Of a stretch of DNA of 64,000 bases, positions 46,854 to 56,514 are shown in pieces. The number at the start of each line of letters is the position of its first letter. Position 1 is the stretch's first letter. The position numbers and the translations under genes were made by a program. Where the stretch lies: contig NZ_CP079946.1 in NCBI RefSeq assembly GCF_019968905.1, positions 5,793,356-5,857,355 on the forward strand, in the 5' to 3' direction. Source of the stretch: Corallococcus sp. EGB. Lineage in GTDB: Bacteria > Myxococcota > Myxococcia > Myxococcales > Myxococcaceae. The notes under the pieces were generated by a model. The model was not told where the DNA came from. It saw nothing but the letters and a program-made list of their open reading frames with translations, and did no database searches.

Positions 46854-47609
46854 ATGAAACACGCCATGGCTGATTCCGCCGCCCGTCCGCCCGATGCCCT
46901 GCCGCCCTCGCTCGCCCGCGTGGCCTTCCACGCCGTGGCGGCAGGGCTCACCCCGCTCATCCCCGTGCCCTTCCTGGACGACTACGCCCTGCGCCGGGTG
47001 CGAGAGCAGTCCGTGCGCGACCAGCTCAAGGAGAAGGGGCTGAAGGCTCCGGACAAGGCCGTGGCGGTGCTCGCCGGCTCGTATGACCCGCGCAGCCTGG
47101 GCGGCCAGCTGATGTCCTACCTCAAGGGCGTGGCCCTCTTCCCCGTACGCAAGGTGTTCCGCAAGCTCTTCTTCGTCCTCTGGGTGAAGGACTGCGTGGA
47201 CCTGACGAGCGTGTGCCTGCACCACGGCTACCTGCTGCACCATGCGTTGGAGCGAGGGGACCTGGACGCGGCCTCGCTCCAGGAGGACGCGCCTCGCAAG
47301 GTGCAGGCGGCCATCGTCGCCGCCTGCTCGGAGATGGACGCCCGGCCCGTCAACCAGGCCCTGCGCCGCCTCTTCCGCAGCAGCCGCGTGCTGATGGCCG
47401 AGGCCACGCGCATCTTCCTGGACCCGAAGGGAGGCCCCCGCGTGCCCGACCCGGCGACCGAGAACGCGGAGGTGCGGTCCCTCACCGACCGGATCCTCCA
47501 GGAGCTCTGGGAGGACCGCGGCTACTTCGCCGCGCTCCAGGCGCACTACGACAAGCACCTGCGCGGCGGCGTCACGCCGCCGGCGTCCCAGGCCGCGACG
47601 GGCACCTGA
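46854..47609 (+). CDS. Hypothetical protein
   Basis: ORF with consistent GC3 bias; no recognisable motif. Confidence 0.5.
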   Translation: MKHAMADSAARPPDALPPSLARVAFHAVAAGLTPLIPVPFLDDYALRRVREQSVRDQLKEKGLKAPDKAVAVLAGSYDPRSLGGQLMSYLKGVALFPVRKVFRKLFFVLWVKDCVDLTSVCLHHGYLLHHALERGDLDAASLQEDAPRKVQAAIVAACSEMDARPVNQALRRLFRSSRVLMAEATRIFLDPKGGPRVPDPATENAEVRSLTDRILQELWEDRGYFAALQAHYDKHLRGGVTPPASQAATGT

Positions 47610-47618
47610 AGAGCCCCG

Positions 47619-48626
47619 TCACGGGGCCGGCGCCGCGGCCGTCTCCAGCGGCGCGCGGATGCGGGCGGAGAAGTTGTCCCGCCCCTGCGCGGCCAGGGCG
47701 CGCGCATTGATGTGGTAGCGCTGGCGGACCTGCTCCAGCGGCGCGTCCGTGTCGATGATGCCCAGCTCGTACGCGAGCGCATCCGAGAACGCCGGCATCA
47801 GCGTGCGGTGGTCGTATGGCACGTCCTTCGCGGCCACCTTCTCGAAGTGGCGCACCAGGTTGGTGGTGCAGTTGCTGGTGAGCGTGTCGTAGAACTCCGG
47901 CTGCGTGTGCAGGCCGTTCATCCGCTGCACCATGTCCAGGAAGAAGGCGGTGATGCGCTCCTTCGAGGCCTTCACCGGATACACATACACGTCGTCATGG
48001 CGGAAGTTGGAGCGCAGCTGCACCAGGTCCCGCTCGTCGCCCACGACGTAGGTGATTTCAAAACGTCGGAAGAGGCCTCCCAGCGCGGAGAACGTCTCGC
48101 CCTTTTCGCGCCGCACCTCCACGGAGAACACCACGTGGCGGCCGTCCTGGAAGCCGAAGCTCACCATGGTGTGCGCGGCGCCGTAGAAGCCGGAGAACGG
48201 CTCCACGATGAACGACGCATCCGTGAGCGCGTCCGTGTCGTAGGTGGCCGTGTACCAGGCCGGCTCCCAATCCGTGGTGCTGCGGTAGCGGAAGTCGCGC
48301 ACGTCATGCAGCGTCACCCGCGTCCCGGCCACCTCCGCCCACGGCGCGCGCGCCAGGTCCGGCGCCCAGTCGCGCGCGTTGGAGGGCTGGAACGTGCGCA
48401 CCCAGCCAAGGACGGACAAGCAGCCCAGCACCATCACCGCCACGCCCCAGCGCCGCGAGCGCCACCGCCAGGCCGCCACCGCCAGCCCCACCACCCCCCC
48501 CGCGACGAGCGCCCGCGCCACGTGTGGCCCCTCCGGCCCCGTCCCCGTCAGGGCCAGGGCCATCGCGGCCCAGGCGCCGCCCACGAGGAGCACGAGCCCC
48601 GCCACCGCGTTCTTCCAGATGCGCAT
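47619..48626 (-). CDS. DUF4105-like membrane protein
   Basis: Three N-terminal TM helices; [29 protein letters not shown] region typical of DUF4105. Confidence 0.6.
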   Translation of the reverse strand: MRIWKNAVAGLVLLVGGAWAAMALALTGTGPEGPHVARALVAGGVVGLAVAAWRWRSRRWGVAVMVLGCLSVLGWVRTFQPSNARDWAPDLARAPWAEVAGTRVTLHDVRDFRYRSTTDWEPAWYTATYDTDALTDASFIVEPFSGFYGAAHTMVSFGFQDGRHVVFSVEVRREKGETFSALGGLFRRFEITYVVGDERDLVQLRSNFRHDDVYVYPVKASKERITAFFLDMVQRMNGLHTQPEFYDTLTSNCTTNLVRHFEKVAAKDVPYDHRTLMPAFSDALAYELGIIDTDAPLEQVRQRYHINARALAAQGRDNFSARIRAPLETAAAPAP

Positions 48627-48814
48627 GCGGCCGAGTATCCGCGCCCCGCTCCGCGCGTGTCACGAACGCGCCTTCCGGGAGCACCCCGGCCGGGCGGCCG
48701 GGCGTGGATCCGCCCTCCCAGGAAGGGCGGGGATTTGTCGCATCCGCCTACCTTGACCGCTTTTCCCCGGGTGTGCGACGAAAGGGGGGTCCCCTGCTTT
48801 CAGGAGCCATCCCC

Positions 48815-49042
48815 ATGAGCGACGAGCGCGAAGACACGACCATCTACAAGGTCGTCGTCAATCACGAAGAGCAGTACTCCATCTGGCCCGCCGACCGAGA
48901 GAACGCGCTGGGCTGGAAGGACGCCGGCAAGCAGGGCCTGAAGGCCGAGTGCCTGGAGTACATCAAGGAGGTCTGGACGGACATGCGCCCCCTGAGCCTC
49001 CGCAAGAAGATGGAAGAGGACGCGGCCCGCAACAAGAACTGA
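48815..49042 (+). CDS. MbtH-like protein (orphan)
   Basis: [47 protein letters not shown] - canonical MbtH signature (N.E.QYS.WP...GW...G....ECL.YI...WTD.RP). Confidence 0.8.
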   Translation: MSDEREDTTIYKVVVNHEEQYSIWPADRENALGWKDAGKQGLKAECLEYIKEVWTDMRPLSLRKKMEEDAARNKN

Positions 49043-49066
49043 AGGCCGCGTCCGCTTCCCACCGCG

Positions 49067-49090
49067 CCCTCCCCGCCTCAGCGGGGAGGG
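49067..49090. terminator. Bidirectional GC hairpin between convergent mbtH-like and response regulator genes
   Basis: ccctccccgc-ctca-gcggggaggg perfect 10-bp stem. Confidence 0.45.
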
Positions 49091-49103
49091 TGGGCCGTCC
49101 CCA

Positions 49104-49790
49104 CTAGAGGTCCGGCGGAGGCCTGACGCCCAGGTGGCAGGCGCGCAAGGCGAGTTGGGTACGGTTCTCCGCGCCCAGCTTGCGGTAGAGCTGCGTGACG
49201 TGTGACTTCACCGTCCGCTCCGCGATTTGCAGGTGCGCGGCGATCTTCAGGTTGTCCGCCCCGCCCGCCACGTATTGCAGCACCTCGCGCTCGCGTTGCG
49301 TGAGCAGGAGCAGCACGCTCGCCGTGGGCGACGTCACCGGCGGATGCTCGAAGTCGTTGCGCAAGAGCTGCACCGGGAAGAGGCGCTCGCCCCGCACCAG
49401 CGACTGCACCGCGGAGGACACCGCGTTCACGCCCAGCCCCGCGCGGAAGAGGTACCCGGAGGCCCCCTCGTCGAAGCACTGGGAGATGACCTCCGGCGTG
49501 CTCACCGCGGACAAGAGCAGCATGCGCACCTCCAGCCGGCGCTTGCGGGCCTCGCGCAGCAGGTTGAGCCCCTCCGTCACGGAGCACCCGATGGCGGCTT
49601 CGCCGTCGCTCTCCACGTCCAGGATGGCCACCTGCGGTGGATCCGTGCCCAGGCCGTCCAGGAAGCCGCGCACGTCGCGCGTCACCGAAGTGGAATGACC
49701 CTCACCCCGAAGGCCCTCGGACAAGCCCTGCCAGGCCGCCCACGGTCCTTCGAGAATCGAAATACGAACTGCCGATTGATTCGCTGCCAT
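49104..49790 (-). CDS. LuxR/NarL/FixJ-family response regulator (atypical receiver + LuxR HTH)
   Basis: C-term LTQREREVLQYVAGGADNLKIAAHLQIAERTVKSHVTQLYRKLG (LuxR HTH); N-terminal receiver-like domain. Confidence 0.8.
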   Translation of the reverse strand: MAANQSAVRISILEGPWAAWQGLSEGLRGEGHSTSVTRDVRGFLDGLGTDPPQVAILDVESDGEAAIGCSVTEGLNLLREARKRRLEVRMLLLSAVSTPEVISQCFDEGASGYLFRAGLGVNAVSSAVQSLVRGERLFPVQLLRNDFEHPPVTSPTASVLLLLTQREREVLQYVAGGADNLKIAAHLQIAERTVKSHVTQLYRKLGAENRTQLALRACHLGVRPPPDL

Positions 49791-50287
49791 GCGATGGCCC
49801 CCCAGCCGTCGTGGCGAATTGCTTTCAATGCTACCTGTCGACTTCAACCTGCCCCGGAGTCAGTGGAACCGCGGCGGAACTTCCGCCTGTGATGAGCGTG
49901 CGAGAACCGCGCTTCAACTCCATCCGGGGGTCCTGTCAGTGCTGCCCTGCGGACTGCGCTTGCGACTGCCGAACTGGCCCGTTCGGGCCGTTCCTCCTTT
50001 TTCGCTTCAAAGCAAATCCAGCCAACCGAGACCCTAACATCATCCAAGCCCTCTTTGCGAACGGACCCTGGCGGGACTGTCAATTGCGCACGGATCCCAT
50101 CGAAATCCAGGGCCTCGTCCGTCAGGTCGTGATCGCTGTCTGGCTCGGGACATACGTCCCGCGTTCATATTTGGATGTTTTACCTGGTGTTTCGGGCGAT
50201 ATCCGTGCGCGGGCGGTGGAGCGTGCGCGGGTGCACGTGTTGCACGCTTCCTGAACGCGAAGGGCGTATGCTGTGCGCCTAGCGCGC

Positions 50288-51073
50288 ATGACTCCCTCCG
50301 CCCCCGCACCCCATGTCGACGTCGCCACGCCCGAGCGGGTGGCCCTCTCCCTGCCCGTGGCCGGCATCGGCTACCGCTGTCTTGCCTGGCTGGTGGACGC
50401 GAGCCTGCTGTTCTTCTTCTGGGTGGCGCTCTACTTCGTCATCACCCTGCTGGTGTCCGACGTGCTGGGAGCCTTCCAGGGGCTGTCGGGGCTCACGCAG
50501 ACATTGCTGGCGGTGGGCCTCTTCGCCACGCAATGGCTGTACTGGACGCTGGCGGAGGTCTTCTTCCATGGACAGACACCGGGCAAGCGCGCGCTGCGCA
50601 TCCGGGTGGTGCGCGACGATGGCGCGCCGGTGGGCTTCTATGAAAGCGCGGTGAGGAACCTGTGTCGTGCGGTCGACTTCCTGCCGGTGCTCTACGCAAC
50701 GGGATGCATCACCATGCTGCTGGACTCGCGGCACCGCCGGCTGGGGGACCTGCTCGCCGGCACGGTGCTGGTGCGCGAGGAGGCCATCGACCTGGACAAG
50801 TACACGCAAGGCCCCACGACGGACGCGGCGCCCGCGGTGACGCCGGCGACGGGCGCCGCCGTGCAGCGGCCCTTGAACACGGAGGACGTGGAGCTGGTGC
50901 TGGCGTTCCTCGCGCGCGCGCCCGGCCTGGAGCCGGAGGTGCGGCGGCGGCTGGGCACCCGGCTGGTGGACCGCGTGGGCGCGGCCCTGACGGACGAGGA
51001 GCGCGCGCGGGTGCTCCAGTCCCCTGAGGCCACGGAGTCCTTCCTGCGCACGCGCGCGAAGGCGGTCCACTGA
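50288..51073 (+). CDS. RDD-family membrane protein
   Basis: GYRCLAWLVDASLLFF...GQTPGKRALRIRVV...RRLGDLLAGTVLVRE - RDD signature. Confidence 0.75.
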   Translation: MTPSAPAPHVDVATPERVALSLPVAGIGYRCLAWLVDASLLFFFWVALYFVITLLVSDVLGAFQGLSGLTQTLLAVGLFATQWLYWTLAEVFFHGQTPGKRALRIRVVRDDGAPVGFYESAVRNLCRAVDFLPVLYATGCITMLLDSRHRRLGDLLAGTVLVREEAIDLDKYTQGPTTDAAPAVTPATGAAVQRPLNTEDVELVLAFLARAPGLEPEVRRRLGTRLVDRVGAALTDEERARVLQSPEATESFLRTRAKAVH

Positions 51074-51074
51074 C

Positions 51075-52082
51075 ATGGCCGTGCCGCTTCCCACCTTCGT
51101 CACGCGGCGCCGCCCGGACTGGGACGCGCTCCAGGCGCTCCTGACGCGCCAGCGCGCGGGCCGGCTGGGCCTCGCGGACCTGCGCACGCTGGACACGCTC
51201 TACCGGCGCGCGGCCGCGGACCTGGCGCAGGCGCAGACGTTCTACCCGGGCACGGACGCGCACCGCTTCCTCAACCAGCTGTGCGCGCAGGCGTATGGCG
51301 CCATCTACCAGCCGCCGCGCGAGCGCTGGGCCTCCACGCGCGACTTCTTCCGCAGGGATTTCCCCGCCACCCTGCGCCGCGAGGCGCGCTTCGTGGGCGT
51401 GAGCGCGGGCCTGCTGGTGCTGGGCCTGCTGCTGGGCGCGCTGGTGGTGACGCTGGAGCCGCGCGGCGCGGAGCTGCTGGTGCCGGAGGGCGTGCGCCGC
51501 TACGTGGCGCAGGGGCGCATGTGGACGGATGATCTGCTGTCCGTGGCGCCGCCCAACGCCGTGGCGTCCGGCATCGCGACCAACAACCTCACGGTCACGC
51601 TGTTCGCGTTCGCGTCCGGCATCCTCCTGGGCGTGGGGCCCATCTTCACGCTCGTGAACAACGGCGTGCTCATTGGCGCGGTGGGCGCGCTGTGCTTCCG
51701 CGAGGGCATGACGGCGGGCTTCCTGGACTTCATCGCCGCGCACGGGCCGGTGGAGCTGTCCATCATCGTCATCGCGGGGGGCGCGGGGCTGATGGTGGGC
51801 CAGGCGCTCATCGACCCCGGAGAATTGCCGCGCGCGCAGGCGCTTCAGGCGCGCGGGCGTGAAGCCGTGAAGCTGGTGGTGGGCTGCGCGCCCTTCCTCG
51901 CATGCATCGGCGGGGTGGAGGGCTTCATCTCCCCGGGCCACCTGTTCCCCACCTGGGCCAAGGTGGGGCTGGGCCTGTCGCTGGGAGTGCTCTTCTGGCT
52001 CTACCTGCTGCGCGCGGGCAGGACGGAGGCGGTGGCGCGCGCGGGCGCGCCGGACGCCATGGCCTCCAGCCGCTTGCGCTGA
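51075..52082 (+). CDS. SpoIIM/DUF95-family integral membrane protein
   Basis: Multi-pass TM; GPVELSIIVIAGGAGL region typical of stage II sporulation M-like proteins. Confidence 0.6.
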   Translation: MAVPLPTFVTRRRPDWDALQALLTRQRAGRLGLADLRTLDTLYRRAAADLAQAQTFYPGTDAHRFLNQLCAQAYGAIYQPPRERWASTRDFFRRDFPATLRREARFVGVSAGLLVLGLLLGALVVTLEPRGAELLVPEGVRRYVAQGRMWTDDLLSVAPPNAVASGIATNNLTVTLFAFASGILLGVGPIFTLVNNGVLIGAVGALCFREGMTAGFLDFIAAHGPVELSIIVIAGGAGLMVGQALIDPGELPRAQALQARGREAVKLVVGCAPFLACIGGVEGFISPGHLFPTWAKVGLGLSLGVLFWLYLLRAGRTEAVARAGAPDAMASSRLR

Positions 52083-52513
52083 CGGTGCTTGAGGATGCGC
52101 TCGTAGGCGTCGTTGACCTCGCGCATCTGCTCCGCGGAGCCGCCCCGGTCCGGGTGCCGCTCCAGCGCCAGCGCGTGGAAGCGCGCGCGAATCACGTCCG
52201 GCGAATCCAGGGGCGACACGCCCAGGGTCTGGTACGGGCACTGCTCCTGGACGGCGGTGAGCCACTTGTCCAGCCGGTCCTTCACCTCCACGAAGCGCGC
52301 GTCCGCGTCCGCGGTGTCCTTCACCGGGTGCGTGCGCATCTTCGCGTCCGCGCGGAAGACCTCGCTGTAGGTGCTGGACACCCAGCGGTGGCACGAACCG
52401 CACCGGTAGTACTTCACCCGGCTCCCGGGCTGGAGCGTCATCATCACGCCGCAGTGGGTGCACTCCACCGTGACGTTCTCCAGTGTCTGCCAGCTCGCGA
52501 CCGCCGCACCCAT
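52001..52513 (-). CDS. J-domain (DnaJ-like) protein with N-terminal zinc-ribbon
   Basis: CTHCG...CGSC zinc ribbon; J-domain PYQTLGVSPLDSPDVIRARFHALALERHPDRGG (HPD motif). Confidence 0.7.
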   Translation of the reverse strand: MGAAVASWQTLENVTVECTHCGVMMTLQPGSRVKYYRCGSCHRWVSSTYSEVFRADAKMRTHPVKDTADADARFVEVKDRLDKWLTAVQEQCPYQTLGVSPLDSPDVIRARFHALALERHPDRGGSAEQMREVNDAYERILKHRQRKRLEAMASGAPARATASVLPARSR

Positions 52514-52657
52514 GGTGACTCGGACCTCCGTTCGCAACACGCCTGTAGCACCGGCAAACTCCCACAGCGGCGGATCCCGTCAAGAAAATGTCGCGCGCGA
52601 CCCGGGGGTGGCCCCAGCTCGCTGCCGGGCCTCCCGGGTTTCGGGTAGAACGGCGCC

Positions 52658-53227
52658 ATGCGACCGCTCCTCGCCGCCGCCCTGCTGTTGACCGCCGCCG
52701 CGCACGCCCAGGCCCCCGCTTCAGCCCCTCCGGCCTCGGCGCCCAGGACCTCCCTCAAGGCCGACAAGGCCCCCGCGGCCGCGGCCCCCGCCCGGCCCCC
52801 GGCGGACGGCAGCACGCAGGACGTGGCCCTCCTGAGGGGCCTGCTGTGGGCGGCGGAGCCCGCTCCAGAGGAGATTCGCGCGCTCGCGATTGAAGACCTG
52901 GCGCTGCTGGGCGACCCGCGCGCCCTGGACCCGCTGGCCGCGTTCATCTGGGACCCGAACCCGCGCATCCAGCAGGCCGCGCTGCGCGCGGTGACCCTGT
53001 TCCAGCACCGCCGCGCGGAGGAGATATTGGGCAACGTCGTGCGCCACCCGCGCCTGCCGGACGCGCTGAAGATCCAGGCGCTGGGAGGGCTGCTCTACCA
53101 GCGCACCCCCACCGCCCGCCGGGTGGTGCAGGACGTGGCCGCCGACAGCCGCGTGGGGTACGCGGTGCAGAACGCCGCGCGCTCGGTGGCATCGCAGTGG
53201 GAGGCCGCCCCGGCCGCCGCCCCCTGA
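52658..53227 (+). CDS. Secreted HEAT-repeat protein
   Basis: Signal peptide MRPLLAAALLLTAAAHAQA; HEAT-like repeats (LALLGDPRALDPLAAFIWDPNPRIQQAALRAV). Confidence 0.55.
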   Translation: MRPLLAAALLLTAAAHAQAPASAPPASAPRTSLKADKAPAAAAPARPPADGSTQDVALLRGLLWAAEPAPEEIRALAIEDLALLGDPRALDPLAAFIWDPNPRIQQAALRAVTLFQHRRAEEILGNVVRHPRLPDALKIQALGGLLYQRTPTARRVVQDVAADSRVGYAVQNAARSVASQWEAAPAAAP

Positions 53228-53335
53228 AACACGCCTGCCCGCCTGCCCTCCCGCCAGACATGACGGCGCGGCGCCCGGGCCCGGGCCCCGGGCCGATTCC
53301 TGGAGTGCGCGCGTGTATGGGTTAGACTGAGGCGC

Positions 53336-53863
53336 ATGAAGATCACCCCCCTCGACATCCGGCAGAAGCGCTTCGAGACGGTGATGCGCGGCTTCGCGCG
53401 TCCCGAAGTGGGCGCGTACCTGGAGCTCATCGCCGGCGAGTTCGAGGAGGTGGTGAAGGAGAACATCGCGCTCAAGGAGGAGCTGAAGCGCACGCAGGCG
53501 CGGCTCGAGCAGCACCAGGAGCGTGAGCGCACCCTCCAGGAGACGATGGTCACCGCCCAGCGCATCAGCGAGGACCTGAAGGACGCCGCGAAGAAGGAAG
53601 CGGAGATCATCATCGCGGACGCGGAGCACCAGGCGGAGAAGATCGTCCATGGCGCGCACCAGCGGCTGGTGCAGGTGGTGGAGGACATCAACGAGCTCAA
53701 GCGGCAGCGCACCCAGTTCGAGTCGCAGGTGCGCTCGGTGGTGGAGGCCCACCGCAAGCTGCTGGAGACCTTCGCCGCGCCCACCTTCGCGGACCGGGAC
53801 TACGCGCGCGTGGAGGACAACGTCGCGTTCCTGTCGCAGAAGAAGGCCACCTCCAACGACTAG
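53336..53863 (+). CDS. DivIVA-family protein
   Basis: MKITPLDIRQKRFETVMRGFARPEVGAYLELIAGEFEEVVKEN... DivIVA N-terminal domain + coiled coil. Confidence 0.8.
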   Translation: MKITPLDIRQKRFETVMRGFARPEVGAYLELIAGEFEEVVKENIALKEELKRTQARLEQHQERERTLQETMVTAQRISEDLKDAAKKEAEIIIADAEHQAEKIVHGAHQRLVQVVEDINELKRQRTQFESQVRSVVEAHRKLLETFAAPTFADRDYARVEDNVAFLSQKKATSND

Positions 53864-53872
53864 CGCCCGCGC

Positions 53873-54172
53873 ATGCCCGCCCCCTGGCTCAAAGCCGTAC
53901 CCGCCGGGGTGGAGCTGACGGTGCTCGTCCAGCCGCGCGCGTCCCGCACCCAGGTGGTGGGCGAGCATGACGGCCAGCTGAAGATCCAACTCGCCGCGCC
54001 GCCCGTGGATGGGGAGGCGAATGCGGCCCTGGTGGAATTCATCGCCAAAAGGCTGCGTGTGCCCCGTCGCCAGGTGACACTCGTGGCGGGTGACACGTCG
54101 CGCCGTAAGCGATTGAAAGTGGAGGGGGTTGATGCGGCGGCGGTCGAGGCTGTTATCTCTGGTGGACCGTGA
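53873..54172 (+). CDS. DUF167/YggU-family protein
   Basis: GVELTVLVQPRASRTQVVGEHDGQLKIQLAAPPVDGEANAALVEFIAKRLRVPRRQVTLVAGDTSRRKRL. Confidence 0.75.
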   Translation: MPAPWLKAVPAGVELTVLVQPRASRTQVVGEHDGQLKIQLAAPPVDGEANAALVEFIAKRLRVPRRQVTLVAGDTSRRKRLKVEGVDAAAVEAVISGGP

Positions 54173-55452
54173 GGCCACGCATGCTCCGCCTGTTTGCCTT
54201 CCTGCTGCTGCTGCTGGCCTCACCGGGCGTGTTCGCGCAAGAGGAGGGTCCGCGCGGCATCCACGCCACGGAGGCCGTCGTCACCGACAGTGCGCTCGTA
54301 CCGCACGCCCGCCCCTCCCTCATCGCGGGTGAGCTGAAGACGCAGCGCTTCGTCATCCTGCACACCGCGAAGGCGGCGGGCGCGGCCAAGGCGCTGGCCG
54401 GGCAGATCGAGGGCGTGCGTGACGCCTTCGGCGCGATGCTCGGGCGCGACTGGCCGGGCACCACGGAGATCCGCCTGGGCGTGGGCCGCCAGGAGTTCGA
54501 GGCGCTGGCGCTCCCCGGCGGCAAGCCCCCGGGCTGGGCCGTGGCGCTCGCCTACCCCGGGCATCAGATCATCCTGCTGGACGCGCTGAGCCTGAACGAC
54601 GCGGAGGGGCCCACCACGCTGAGGCATGAGCTGGCGCACGTGGCGTTGGGCCAGCTGGCGAATGGCTGGCCACGGTGGTTCCAGGAGGGCGTCGCGCAGA
54701 ACCTCACCGACGAGCGCTTCTCCGTCGCCCACTACAGCGCCCTCTTCCGCGCGGTGACGCAGGAGCGCGTCTTCCACTTCGAGGACCTGTCCGACGACTG
54801 GCCGGACGTGCCCGCGGACGTCGAAATCGCCTACGCGCAGAGCGCCGCCTTCGTGGCCTTCCTCACCGGCAAGCACGGCTCACGCGCCATGGGCCAGCTG
54901 GTGGACGGCGTGCGCGCGGGCGAGCCCTTCGAGCAGGCCTTCGGCAAGGCCTTCCATTCATCGCTGCTGCTGGAGGAGCAGGACTGGCGCGAGGGGCTCG
55001 CGGCCCGTTACGGCTGGCTGCCCCTCACCACCAGCTCCGCGCTCCTGTGGCTCACGGCCTCCGTGCTGTGCGTGGCCGCCTTCGTGCGCCGCATGCGGCA
55101 GAAGGCCGCGCGCATGACGGAGCTGGCCGCGGAGGACGCCGCCGAGGACGCCGCGCTGCGCCTGCTCGCCGCCGCACGCGCGGCGGGCCCCGTCGCCGTG
55201 GACGGCACCGAGCCGCTGTCCCCTGCCCTCCCCTGGCCGGAATGGCCCGGCGCCACCACGCCGGCCCCGCCCACCCCGTCCGCTCCCAGCCAGCCGGAGG
55301 CCCTGGAGGGTGCGCCGGAAGCCCTGGAGTCGGGCGCGGGTCTGCCGGAGGACGCGGAAGCGGAGGACGAGGAGCCGGAGTCCTCCAGCGGCGAATACGA
55401 GCTGGACGGCGAGGCCTCGTCGGGCCGCCCGCCCAAGCCAACGCTCCACTGA
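54169..55452 (+). CDS. Zincin-like (peptidase MA-like, HExxH) membrane-anchored protein with acidic C-terminal tail
   Basis: Signal peptide; TLRHELAHVALG; internal TM (LLWLTASVLCVAAFV); E/D-rich C-terminus. Confidence 0.6.
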   Translation: MRPRMLRLFAFLLLLLASPGVFAQEEGPRGIHATEAVVTDSALVPHARPSLIAGELKTQRFVILHTAKAAGAAKALAGQIEGVRDAFGAMLGRDWPGTTEIRLGVGRQEFEALALPGGKPPGWAVALAYPGHQIILLDALSLNDAEGPTTLRHELAHVALGQLANGWPRWFQEGVAQNLTDERFSVAHYSALFRAVTQERVFHFEDLSDDWPDVPADVEIAYAQSAAFVAFLTGKHGSRAMGQLVDGVRAGEPFEQAFGKAFHSSLLLEEQDWREGLAARYGWLPLTTSSALLWLTASVLCVAAFVRRMRQKAARMTELAAEDAAEDAALRLLAAARAAGPVAVDGTEPLSPALPWPEWPGATTPAPPTPSAPSQPEALEGAPEALESGAGLPEDAEAEDEEPESSSGEYELDGEASSGRPPKPTLH

Positions 55453-55565
55453 GAGGCGCGAGGTTCCCAGGCAGGGAAGGAACTTCCCCTACCCCCAGCC
55501 TTTCAACATCCGCCCCGTAGGATTTACGTCCTCCGCCCTCCCTTCAGGGCTGGCCTCTTGCCCAA

Positions 55566-56177
55566 ATGGGCGGATTCATTGGGCTCCAGTACACGTCTGG
55601 CGTTGGCAAAGCGCTTGCTATGCCTTTGTTCGCGATGCGGACGACAACGGACATGGCGGCGGAGCGCGGACGGAAGAAGGCCGGGGCGGCCCGGGTCTTC
55701 AGCAAGCAGCCGGAGCGCATCGCGGCGCTGTGGCGGCGGATGCGGCTGGCGGCGCACGAGGGCCAGGGCGTTCCCGGACCCAGCCTGCTGGACGGGCTGG
55801 TGGAGCCCTTCGTCCGGGAGCTGGGGCTGACGCTGGAGGGCGTGGAGTCCAGCCCCTGGAGCCGCACCCGCGCGGTGCTGCGCCTGGCGCCGGAGCGTGG
55901 CGCTCGGGCCCTGCACGACGAGTTCGCACTGCTGCGGCGGTGCCTGGTGGACGCCCTGGAGGTGCTGGGCGGTGGGGACGCGGAGCGCCAGCGCATCAAC
56001 CAGGCGCTCGACGAGGCCGTGGACAGCGCGGTGGCGCTGCTCCAGCGGATGGCGGACTCGAAGGCGGATGGTCCCCGGGTGCCCTTTGGCGGCCTGGTGG
56101 TGGAGTACTTCGAGCGGCCTTCTCACGCGCGCCGGCCCCCCATGGGCCGCCGCGACGAGCGGTCCGCCATGCATTGA
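55566..56177 (+). CDS. Hypothetical protein
   Basis: ORF with GC3 bias; start uncertain (alternatives at ~55620, 55653). Confidence 0.4.
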   Translation: MGGFIGLQYTSGVGKALAMPLFAMRTTTDMAAERGRKKAGAARVFSKQPERIAALWRRMRLAAHEGQGVPGPSLLDGLVEPFVRELGLTLEGVESSPWSRTRAVLRLAPERGARALHDEFALLRRCLVDALEVLGGGDAERQRINQALDEAVDSAVALLQRMADSKADGPRVPFGGLVVEYFERPSHARRPPMGRRDERSAMH

Positions 56178-56514
56178 GTTTGAATCCCACGCACTGGGAT
56201 TGCGGCGCGCAGGAGGCGCCAGGGTTTGGCTGCAAGGGTTTGCCGATCCGTCCGGCTTGACACTCCTCACTGAGGAAGGGTCCGGGGGCTGGCGGGAGGG
56301 AGCGCTGTCGCGGATGGGGGTCCGTGATGCGCCTTGAGGGTGCGTGTTCCTGCTCGGGGGAGCGGTGAGCCGCACACAGTCGAACGCCGGAACGCGTGGA
56401 TGGGGGTCCGCGCGCTCCGCCGGTCGGACGGATCGGCATGTTTTGTCGGGGGGAATGGGGATGGGGCAGCGGGAGGGCGCCTACGGGGGTGGGCGCTCTC
56501 CCGCATTTTTTTGC

